Assembly: GCF_000283555.1 (NCBI RefSeq)
Contig: NC_016012.1
Span: forward strand, 960,001-992,000
Direction: 5' to 3'
Source: Candidatus Arthromitus sp. SFB-rat-Yit
Lineage (GTDB): Bacteria > Bacillota > Clostridia > Clostridiales > Clostridiaceae
DNA: 32,000 nucleotides
Within the stretch, counting starts at the first letter, position 1. Every line of letters starts with the position of its first letter. The notes beneath the pieces are model-generated. The model worked only from the letters and a program-made list of their open reading frames with translations. It ran no database searches and was not told the DNA's origin. The translations under genes and the position numbers were made by a program. Below, piece by piece: positions 19,202-26,890 of the stretch.

Positions 19202-19579
19202 TTAATACGCCAATCCCATAGAAGCAACATATTGTTTGAATTCTGATTCATTCATCATCTCACTAGCTATTTTTATTCTCAAATCTGCTAATGACTCTAA
19301 TTGTACTCTATACTCATCATATTTTCCTATCCAATATTTTTGTCCTTCTTCTTCTGGATCTCTTCCTACAACTATTTGGTACATCATTTTTATAAAATCT
19401 TCTTTGTTTAGATATCTATTTATGAATTCATCTTGTTTCATTAAGCCATAAATAAATTGAGTTACTGTTAATTCTTTAGATTCTAATCTTTGAACCCAGA
19501 ATTTCCATCCTTCAACCTCTGGCTGGCGTCCAAGTGAAGCAAGATAAATTTTTGATACAAATTCTGCAACTTTTCCAGT
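19202..19579 (-). other. DUF4214 double-repeat region of P1
   Basis: VAEFVSKIYLASLGRQPEVEGWKFWVQRL ... MMYQIVVGRDPEEEGQKYWIGKYDEY: two copies of the F..(I/M)Y...(L/V)GR.P...G..(F/Y)W motif. Confidence 0.85.
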
Positions 19580-22500
19580 AGGTGGCTCTATTGCTGGTTT
19601 TGTTGTGAAAGTATTGATTTTATATCTAGTCAATAAACCATTCTCAAGTTTGAAAGTTATTTCTAGACTATTGTATTCAGTCATTGGTTTCAAGTCACTT
19701 AATCTTAAAGTTAATGTGCTTACATCCCAAGTAAATTTAATACTTTCATTGTTTAATGCTACGCTAGATATTTTAGATTGTGGATTTGAAAACAGTTCAA
19801 ACACGATTTCTGCTGTTGTATCTGTAGTAGTTATTGTAGTTCCTTTTACATCTACAGATGAAGCTTGAGGTGTAGTTATCTTTGCGTACTTTGATAAAGT
19901 TTGTTCTTTATTATCTTTATCTCTCCAAATGAAATCAAGTTTGTATACTGTTTCAGTTTTTGGCTCTAGATTTGTAAACTTCAACAATCCACCTTCTAAA
20001 ACCAACTCTACATTAGGATTATTCGCTGGCTTTTGGAAATCAATTCTTACAAATCTATCATTCAAATCATCAACTAACACTGGAATTTCAGCTTTTCTAG
20101 CCTCTAATGTCTTAGCATCAAATAAAGTTACATTAAATGCATCTGTTCCTGTTAACTCTGGACCTGTTTCGTTATCAAGATTTACACCTGGAACTTGATG
20201 AATACCTGTAGTTGTAAAAACTACTCCTGTGACTGCAGAAGGTGCTGTAGCTATACTAATATTAGTTATTTTATTAATCGTATTTAATACTTGTCTTGTA
20301 ACAAGCTCTCTCTTATCAATATCAACGTAGCTGAGTTCAAGAATTAAGAATCCATAATCTCTCTTCTCTGATAAATTGTAAAGAGTTAAGATGAAATATA
20401 TTTTGTCTTTTCCTTCAATTCTCTCAACCTTAAACTTCTCATCACCTTTGAGTCCATTAACAGTTAAATCTTTAATAGTTACATCACTATTATCAACTTC
20501 TATAACATACCTTAGAGCTGTTTTATCATTTTTAACAGCAGGCATTACTAACTTATTTGGAAGTTCAACATTTAATTTTGGATAGAATACCTCAACAGTA
20601 TCACTTCCAGAAACAGTTGATGTAAACATTCCACTTGTAGTATTAACATATTTCTTCTCTGGATCAAGCTCTATATAAAGTTTAGGCTCTGTAAAATTTG
20701 AAGTCCTAATAGATAAAGTATGAGTAAGCACAGTTGTTACTGTTGTAGTACCACTTATACTAGATGTCATTATTTGAGATAAAAATATAGTCTTTGTTAC
20801 ATCCTTTTCTTCTGGTTTTGCTGTTACATGTAACTTTCTAAATGTGTATGGAGTTGACCTCTCTAGTCCTGTTACATGCAGGTATCCACCCCTCTCTGGT
20901 TTATCTGTATCAATTAAAGCAACAGATGCTGGATATTTATTTAATCTATCATCTTCAACTTCCATTTTTGTTATAGTCTTATCTTTATCAAATATCTTTA
21001 ACGTATTAAATCTTACACTGTTACCATTAGTTCTCAATGCTATATTTGAAGCTGTAGTTGATATCATTTGTTCATAATCAAAATAAGTCGTATCATCAAT
21101 TGAATTAAAATCAATATTCATCGCTGAAGGTGTACTATTAGTATGCGTATATATCATTTCTGCTGCTGTTAATGTAGAATTATCTACCTTATAAGTTTCA
21201 AATAATGGTAGCTGTTTACCAGTCTTGAAGTTTGTCATACTGAATCCTTCAAGATAATTAACAACACTCTTTGTGTTAGGATCAGAGTAATAGGTAACGT
21301 TCTTATTAAGTGCAACAAACTGATAATTTGTATTTGTCTTCATTTTTTCAAATGCTTGGTAATCCTCAGGGTTCTTTATATCAAATCTAACAGCCATTCC
21401 CTCTGCATTTAGATTCATATTGGACGTTGTCGTTGTTCTAACATTATTAGTTACAGCGTTATTAACCAATGAATCTTCCGCTATAATACTTCTCAAGTAA
21501 TCCATACTATCTGGAAATATTGATTCCCCATCATAGAGTACTGTAACTTGCTTAGGAGAAATATCATCAACATCTTTAAATGTAAACATTAAGTTTGGAA
21601 TTCCACCAGTATAACTCCCAGTATTGGATTCAAATATTGCTCTAAGAGCCCTTGCTAATTGTGCTCTGTGAGTTATCTCTGGTATACCTGCTGGATGAGA
21701 AGGAGCAGATGTTGATAAATTAGTTCTAACTCCATTGATATCATCAATCATTTCATTTGCAGCTTTAATCATAAAATCTCTTAAACTAGCTGTTACAGTT
21801 GTTGGTGTTGTTCCTCCGGTAATACTTGAATCCATAAAAACAATATTCTGAGAATCAAAAGAAGATACAAGAGATACTGTTGCTAGAACATCAAGCACCT
21901 TACCAGTTAATATGAAATCTGCCTTCGCTTTCCCTTGGAAAGTATACATTCCACTTTCAACTGTAGTTTCTGTAGTTGATATTATTAAATCTACTCCACC
22001 AATTGTACTTCTAAACTGTGAAATAGTACCAGATGGCTTAGCTGTAGGATCTATCCTATTATCATTTATCGCTCTTGGAGTTAACCCATAAGTTGCTATA
22101 CGACTCATATCGGCTACAACATCAAAAGCATCTTCTGGAATTTCTTGAACATCAAATGAATCTTGAACATTATTATCGATTATTACTTCCTCTGTTACTT
22201 CATCTACTTTTTCATTTCCTTGATTATTTTCTCCTGATCCGGACATGGCAACTCCATCCTCTTGATTATTTTTTTGATCTTGTAAATCGTGTACGCTGTC
22301 ATCACTGCTGCTGTCAATTTGTATTTGACTGTCTTGACTGATTGTTTCGTCGACCTCAACAACTTTTTCAAAATCTTCTTGCTTTTCAAATTCCACTTCT
22401 TCAAAATCTCCTTCCTCCACTAATATTGTTTTCTCGTCATTAGTAGATTCTTGAGAGTTTTGAAATGATTGTTCATTTTCACTCGTGACCGTTTCTATAT

Positions 22501-22642
22501 GTTCTGATATTTGCACCTCTTCTACGCCTTCAGCTGTATTTTCACCAATTCTACTTTTATTAATTCCTCCATTAGCTTGCTCCATAATTTTGTTATAAAT
22601 TGTATTAAAATTTAAAGAATTATTATCGTTTTGGTCTTTCAT
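19202..22642 (-). CDS. Large modular DUF4214 protein, paralog P1, no signal peptide recognised
   Basis: ORF 19202..22681. Preferred start is ATG 22642 (MKDQNDNNSLNF...) behind AAAGGAATC. Acidic, Gln/Ser-rich N-terminus, Fn3/Ig-like modules, C-terminal GRxPExEGWxFWxxxLxSKELxxxxFI. Confidence 0.85.
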   Translation of the reverse strand: MKDQNDNNSLNFNTIYNKIMEQANGGINKSRIGENTAEGVEEVQISEHIETVTSENEQSFQNSQESTNDEKTILVEEGDFEEVEFEKQEDFEKVVEVDETISQDSQIQIDSSSDDSVHDLQDQKNNQEDGVAMSGSGENNQGNEKVDEVTEEVIIDNNVQDSFDVQEIPEDAFDVVADMSRIATYGLTPRAINDNRIDPTAKPSGTISQFRSTIGGVDLIISTTETTVESGMYTFQGKAKADFILTGKVLDVLATVSLVSSFDSQNIVFMDSSITGGTTPTTVTASLRDFMIKAANEMIDDINGVRTNLSTSAPSHPAGIPEITHRAQLARALRAIFESNTGSYTGGIPNLMFTFKDVDDISPKQVTVLYDGESIFPDSMDYLRSIIAEDSLVNNAVTNNVRTTTTSNMNLNAEGMAVRFDIKNPEDYQAFEKMKTNTNYQFVALNKNVTYYSDPNTKSVVNYLEGFSMTNFKTGKQLPLFETYKVDNSTLTAAEMIYTHTNSTPSAMNIDFNSIDDTTYFDYEQMISTTASNIALRTNGNSVRFNTLKIFDKDKTITKMEVEDDRLNKYPASVALIDTDKPERGGYLHVTGLERSTPYTFRKLHVTAKPEEKDVTKTIFLSQIMTSSISGTTTVTTVLTHTLSIRTSNFTEPKLYIELDPEKKYVNTTSGMFTSTVSGSDTVEVFYPKLNVELPNKLVMPAVKNDKTALRYVIEVDNSDVTIKDLTVNGLKGDEKFKVERIEGKDKIYFILTLYNLSEKRDYGFLILELSYVDIDKRELVTRQVLNTINKITNISIATAPSAVTGVVFTTTGIHQVPGVNLDNETGPELTGTDAFNVTLFDAKTLEARKAEIPVLVDDLNDRFVRIDFQKPANNPNVELVLEGGLLKFTNLEPKTETVYKLDFIWRDKDNKEQTLSKYAKITTPQASSVDVKGTTITTTDTTAEIVFELFSNPQSKISSVALNNESIKFTWDVSTLTLRLSDLKPMTEYNSLEITFKLENGLLTRYKINTFTTKPAIEPPTGKVAEFVSKIYLASLGRQPEVEGWKFWVQRLESKELTVTQFIYGLMKQDEFINRYLNKEDFIKMMYQIVVGRDPEEEGQKYWIGKYDEYRVQLESLADLRIKIASEMMNESEFKQYVASMGLAY

Positions 22643-22752
22643 GAATTTTGATTCCTTTAAAATTAATTGATTCAATATCATTATTAGTTGTAAGAATAAT
22701 GTTTTATGACAAATTTAATGAACTTTATTTCACAAAACAAAAAAAAATTAAA

Positions 22753-22776
22753 GAGTCAACAATAATTGACCCTTTT
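22753..22776 (-). terminator. Weak terminator hairpin downstream of the 93-aa ORF
   Basis: GTCAA (22755-22759) / TTGAC (22766-22770) core stem with flanking A-run and T-run. Confidence 0.45.
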
Positions 22777-22813
22777 TATAAAAATTATACTATAGATGTT
22801 ACTCTATATTAAA

Positions 22814-23086
22814 TTACTCCATTACACTATCTATTAAGTTAGTTGTAACAACTTTAATATCATATCTTGTGTGTTCAATTACTTTTGATACAGATTTTGC
22901 TACTTCACTTAAAGCATCATTTGTTGCTCCTTGCTTTATACCTGAAATAGTTTTTGTAAATCTTCTTATCGTTCCATCATCCTCATCAAAATAAAAAGTT
23001 ATTACCAAATTACTTGTTAATGTTGTAGATGTTATAACTTGTGCATCCATTAAATCAATTTGTTCCATATTTTGTTCCATATTCAT
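22814..23086 (-). CDS. Small hypothetical protein, possibly DUF2922/DUF1659-like
   Basis: ORF 22814..23095 begins at a TTG; ATG 23086 behind TTGGAG is the better start. LVITFYFDEDDGTIRRFTKTISGIKQGATNDALSEVAKSVSKVIEH resembles the small DUF2922/DUF1659-type proteins; weak similarity by eye. Confidence 0.55.
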   Translation of the reverse strand: MNMEQNMEQIDLMDAQVITSTTLTSNLVITFYFDEDDGTIRRFTKTISGIKQGATNDALSEVAKSVSKVIEHTRYDIKVVTTNLIDSVME

Positions 23087-23116
23087 ATTCTCCAAAAATA
23101 TATTACTTAAAAATAA

Positions 23117-23175
23117 TAGATGAACTCAATGCAAGGGGTTCTTCTGTGAAATACGGGTGAACTTGAGTTCATCTA
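23117..23175. repeat. 13-bp perfect inverted repeat with structured interior (candidate structured RNA or unusual terminator)
   Basis: TAGATGAACTCAA (23117-23129) / TTGAGTTCATCTA (23163-23175). The interior can pair GTTC (23138-23141) with GAAC (23159-23162) and TTC (23142-23144) with GAA (23148-23150). Confidence 0.8.
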
Positions 23176-23226
23176 CTCTAAATAATATTATCTACAACAA
23201 AATTTATTACAAAAAATTTTAAAACT

Positions 23227-23607
23227 TTAATATATAAGTCCTATCCTACTCACTAACTCTTTAAATTCCGGCTGATCCATCATTTCTCTCGCTATCTTAA
23301 TTCTTAGCTGTGCGATAGTCGAAACTTCATTCCTATATTCAACATATTTTCCTTCCCAATATCTTTGCCCTTCCTCTTCTGCCTCTCTGTCTACTATTAA
23401 AGTGTACATTGTTGAAACAAATTTCGATTTAGTAAGTTCCCTGTCAACAAATTCTGGTTGAGTCATTAAATTCTCAGCTATAAATTCCGTAGCTGAAAGC
23501 TCTTTACTCTGAAGTTTTTCTATCCAGAAATTCCATCCTCCACCTTCAGGCTCACGTCCAAGAGCAATATTATATACTCTTCTTACAAATTCAGCTACCT
23601 CTCCTTT
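23227..23607 (-). other. DUF4214 double-repeat region of P2
   Basis: VAEFVRRVYNIALGREPEGGGWNFWIEKLQSKELSATEFIAENLMTQPEF ... MYTLIVDREAEEEGQRYWEGKY. Confidence 0.85.
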
Positions 23608-26445
23608 TGGTTTATTCTCATCGACAACCGTTTTAAAAGTTCCCAGTGGATATTCAACACTCTTTCCATTTTCTAAATTTATCCTTATAATTACGTTCGT
23701 GTATGTGTATTCTGGTTTAAGTCCTTCTAATTTTATTGTGTTTGTATCGTTATCCCATGTTGATTTAAAAACATTATTTAAATCATCATAAACTGATACA
23801 GATTTTACTTTTGATTTTGGCTCTGAATATGTGTTTAATTTAATATTTACCTTAGTTGGATCAACTACATTTATATCTGCAGATTTAATATCATAATCTG
23901 GTGTTTCTGTTGTTGTTAATCTAACATATCTTTTTATTTGATTCGCTTCTCTAGCAGTCGTATTATTACAATTAAATATTACAGTAAACATTCCACTTGT
24001 TTCTGGTTTCAAATCACTAAATTGTAATACAAAGTTGTCATAACTTACTTTTGCATCTGGATTATCGTCAGGATTTTTAACCTCGATTGAATCTATCCTA
24101 TTTTCCAAATCATCAATTAAAATTGGAACTCTTGCAACTCTTGCGTACGATGAACTAAAATTATCATTTAATGAAATTTGTACAGCTTCTTCAACTGGTA
24201 ATGGTTCACCCTCAGTTGTGTTATCATATTTAATGTTTTCACCTTTTGATGGATTTAATGTTGATAAACTTTTTCTAGCAATCTGAACATTTCCATTGCT
24301 ATCTAAATAATTTAATTCCAAAATTACAAATCCATAATCTTTATTCTTCGTCAAATTATTAAGCGTCACTATATAATAATTTTCCTTCTGCGTTTTATCT
24401 ATCATCTTTTCTACTCGGTATGTTTCAGAGTCCGTAAGACTTGTAACATTAAGATCTAAAACATTCCCTTGTTTATTATCAACTTTAAATACATATCTTA
24501 ATGCAGAATCAGAATTCTTAACAATGTTAGTATCAAGACCATTTGGAAGCTTAATCATCGAAGAATTCGTGCCAGCTAATTGAATTTTTGGTTCTGGCTC
24601 TTTTAATGTAACTACAGGTTCATAATTTTGTTTAACAGTTCCATTATCATAATAACCTAAATTCAATTCTTGAGTTGTCGTTCTTCCATTCATATCTGAT
24701 GTTATAAATAATTTTGTAAACACATATGGCGTACTACTCTTAAGCCCATTTACCTCAATTGAAAAAGTATCCGTATTCTCCAAAGTCAAACTACAATTAT
24801 ATCTATAACCTTGATCATCCTGAATCTCAACTCTTGATATACTTCTATCAGTATCTTTGAAAGTTATATTTCTAAATCTTATAGAATTTGTTGTAATAAA
24901 AATATCTTGCTCACTTGTCCCATATGATTTCATATCCAAATAAACGCCATCTTTAAATTGAGTGACATACATATCATTTTTAGCAGTACCTTGTAAATTT
25001 TGTGAAGTCGTTTCATATAAATTAGATTTTCCTGCATTTTTAGATACAAATAACGCTGGAGCTTTTCCAGTTTTACAGTTACTCAATCCCGTTAAAGTCA
25101 ACTTAACATCATCACCAACAGTTATATCTCGATTCACTTCCTGTTCCTCTAAAGCATTCAAAGTATAAACCGTATTAGTACGAAGCTTATCTCCAATTGT
25201 GTTTTCATTCTCATTTCTAATTACAATTCTTAAAGCAACATCACTAGCTCTTATTTCACCTTCTGAACTCATGCTTGATAAATCAATAATATTTTTAATA
25301 TACTTTTCTTTATCTGGTGCAAAGTCCGAACTCATCTTAACTTTTTTCACACCACCATTACCATCAAATGATAATTGTGCATTCATATCATCTAAAATTT
25401 TAGAAAGAGCATCACGAAGTTTTTTCCTCTCTACAGTTTCATTTGAATTTTTCTTCGCTTCCTCATATGCTTTAATAATTAAATCTCCAAGAGTGCCTTC
25501 ATCATAATTTCTTATTACATAAGTTGAAATTTTAACTTCTTGTTCTGTATCTTCTTGCTCTGCATCATCTTTTTCCGTAGTGTCTTCTTCTGTATCAGTA
25601 TTATCATCCTCTACAGAATCATCATCACCTGTAGTTCCATCTTCTCCAGGTTTTGAAGGTTCTGAAGGTTCTTCAGGTGATGGAGTAGTTTCTGATGGTG
25701 GTTGTGGTTGAGAGGTTTCTCCATTTTCTTCATTTTCATCTCCTGCTTCACCTTGACCAGGGTTTGATCCAGCATTGTCGCTTCCACTTCCATCTTGTAC
25801 ACCATCTTCAGTTTCGCCCCCTTCTACCTCATCTCCATCTTCTTCTGAACCTTGGTCACCATTTGGCTTATCGCTATCACCTTCACCTTCTGAAGGTTTA
25901 TCCACTTCTTCACCTTCTGAATTTTCTGGAGGTGTTGTTTCAATCACTTTTTTATTTAATATTTCACCTGATAATTTTAAACTCAACTCTATTGTTCCAT
26001 AAGGTGTGTATGATTCTCCAGAACCAAGCAATTCAGAACTACCTAAGCTCTTAATAATTTGAACTTGGCTTTGATTTGTTTTATCTGGTTGTGATGGTTG
26101 TTCAGGACTATTCTCAACATTAGGTGGTTCTGTACCATTTGATGGTGGAGTTACTGGTGTAGTCGACGGATCTTGAACACTATCCCCCTCACTACTACTT
26201 TCATCTTGATCTACAGAACTGTCGTCTGTTGTTGGGGCATCAACTACAACATCTCCATCTCTCAAACTTGAATTTAAATATGCATAAATCAATTTATTAT
26301 CTTCACCCGTTTCAACAGCCGCACGATCCAAAGCCATTGTAACTTCCATATTTTTTTTCATATTATAAGGCATAAGATGTCCTGAAAAAATATTTGATGT
26401 AATAAACATCACAACTAACATAAAGCTAACTTTCCTCTTATTCAT
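23227..26445 (-). CDS. Large secreted modular DUF4214 protein, paralog P2
   Basis: 1072 aa; GGGAGGG RBS; signal-peptide-like MNKRKVSFMLVVMFITSNIFSGHLM; long acidic/Pro-rich linker; Fn3-like modules (GLKSSTPYVFTKLFITSDM, NLTKNKDYGFVILELNYLD); C-terminal DUF4214 repeats. Confidence 0.9.
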   Translation of the reverse strand: MNKRKVSFMLVVMFITSNIFSGHLMPYNMKKNMEVTMALDRAAVETGEDNKLIYAYLNSSLRDGDVVVDAPTTDDSSVDQDESSSEGDSVQDPSTTPVTPPSNGTEPPNVENSPEQPSQPDKTNQSQVQIIKSLGSSELLGSGESYTPYGTIELSLKLSGEILNKKVIETTPPENSEGEEVDKPSEGEGDSDKPNGDQGSEEDGDEVEGGETEDGVQDGSGSDNAGSNPGQGEAGDENEENGETSQPQPPSETTPSPEEPSEPSKPGEDGTTGDDDSVEDDNTDTEEDTTEKDDAEQEDTEQEVKISTYVIRNYDEGTLGDLIIKAYEEAKKNSNETVERKKLRDALSKILDDMNAQLSFDGNGGVKKVKMSSDFAPDKEKYIKNIIDLSSMSSEGEIRASDVALRIVIRNENENTIGDKLRTNTVYTLNALEEQEVNRDITVGDDVKLTLTGLSNCKTGKAPALFVSKNAGKSNLYETTSQNLQGTAKNDMYVTQFKDGVYLDMKSYGTSEQDIFITTNSIRFRNITFKDTDRSISRVEIQDDQGYRYNCSLTLENTDTFSIEVNGLKSSTPYVFTKLFITSDMNGRTTTQELNLGYYDNGTVKQNYEPVVTLKEPEPKIQLAGTNSSMIKLPNGLDTNIVKNSDSALRYVFKVDNKQGNVLDLNVTSLTDSETYRVEKMIDKTQKENYYIVTLNNLTKNKDYGFVILELNYLDSNGNVQIARKSLSTLNPSKGENIKYDNTTEGEPLPVEEAVQISLNDNFSSSYARVARVPILIDDLENRIDSIEVKNPDDNPDAKVSYDNFVLQFSDLKPETSGMFTVIFNCNNTTAREANQIKRYVRLTTTETPDYDIKSADINVVDPTKVNIKLNTYSEPKSKVKSVSVYDDLNNVFKSTWDNDTNTIKLEGLKPEYTYTNVIIRINLENGKSVEYPLGTFKTVVDENKPKGEVAEFVRRVYNIALGREPEGGGWNFWIEKLQSKELSATEFIAENLMTQPEFVDRELTKSKFVSTMYTLIVDREAEEEGQRYWEGKYVEYRNEVSTIAQLRIKIAREMMDQPEFKELVSRIGLIY
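25540..25960 (-). repeat. Low-complexity region encoding the acidic Asp/Glu/Gly/Pro-rich linker of P2
   Basis: Translated: EGEEVDKPSEGEGDSDKPNGDQGSEEDGDEVEGGETEDGVQDGSGSDNAGSNPGQGEAGDENEENGETSQPQPPSETTPSPEEPSEPSKPGEDGTTGDDDSVEDDNTDTEEDTTEKDDAEQED. Confidence 0.8.
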
Positions 26446-26472
26446 TTCAAAACCCTCCCTAGTATAAAAAAA

Positions 26473-26494
26473 GAGATGGCAGATAAGCCATCTC
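26473..26494 (-). terminator. Rho-independent terminator downstream of paralog P3
   Basis: GAGATGGC-agataa-GCCATCTC, flanked by A-run and T-run (CTTTTTTTAT on minus). Confidence 0.9.
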
Positions 26495-26509
26495 TCTTTT
26501 TTGAAATGA

Positions 26510-26890
26510 TTAATATATCAATTGAAGTTTAGTCACTAACTCTTTAAACTCTGGTTGATCCATCATTTCTCTCGCAATCTTAATCCTTAACTCAGCTATA
26601 GACTTAACTTGATCTTTGTATTCATCATATTTTCTTTCCCAATAGTTTTGGCCATCACCGTCTGGCTCTCTATTAACTATCAATGAATACATTGTCGTAA
26701 CAAACTTCGATTTACTTAACTCTCTATCAACAAATTCTGGCTGAGTCATTAAATTCTCTGCAATAAATTCTGTAGCTGAAAGTTCTTTTGATGTCAATTT
26801 ATTAATCCAGAAATTCCATCCTTCAACTTCTGGCTCACGTCCAAGTGCTATTGTATAAACTCTTGAAACAAAATTTGCAATATCTCCTGT
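26510..26890 (-). other. DUF4214 double-repeat region of P3
   Basis: IANFVSRVYTIALGREPEVEGWNFWINKLTSKELSATEFIAENLMTQPEF ... MYSLIVNREPDGDGQNYWERKYDEY. Confidence 0.88.

Noticed and set aside
19605-22404. Several short ORFs on plus and minus antisense/alternate frames inside P1 (e.g. 19605..19868, 19929..20198, 22075..22341, 22204..22404)
   Set aside because: Shadow ORFs of the large coding sequence; hydrophobic or repetitive translations and no RBS.
25540-25960. Possible CRISPR or tandem-repeat array
   Set aside because: Repetitiveness is degenerate (GAA/GAT/CCA-type codon bias) without fixed-length direct repeats and spacers; it is coding low complexity.
25199-26054. ORFs 25199..25507, 25611..25805, 25695..26054, 25775..26002 within P2
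   Set aside because: His/Leu/Ser/Met-biased translations are artefacts of the low-complexity acidic-linker DNA read in other frames.
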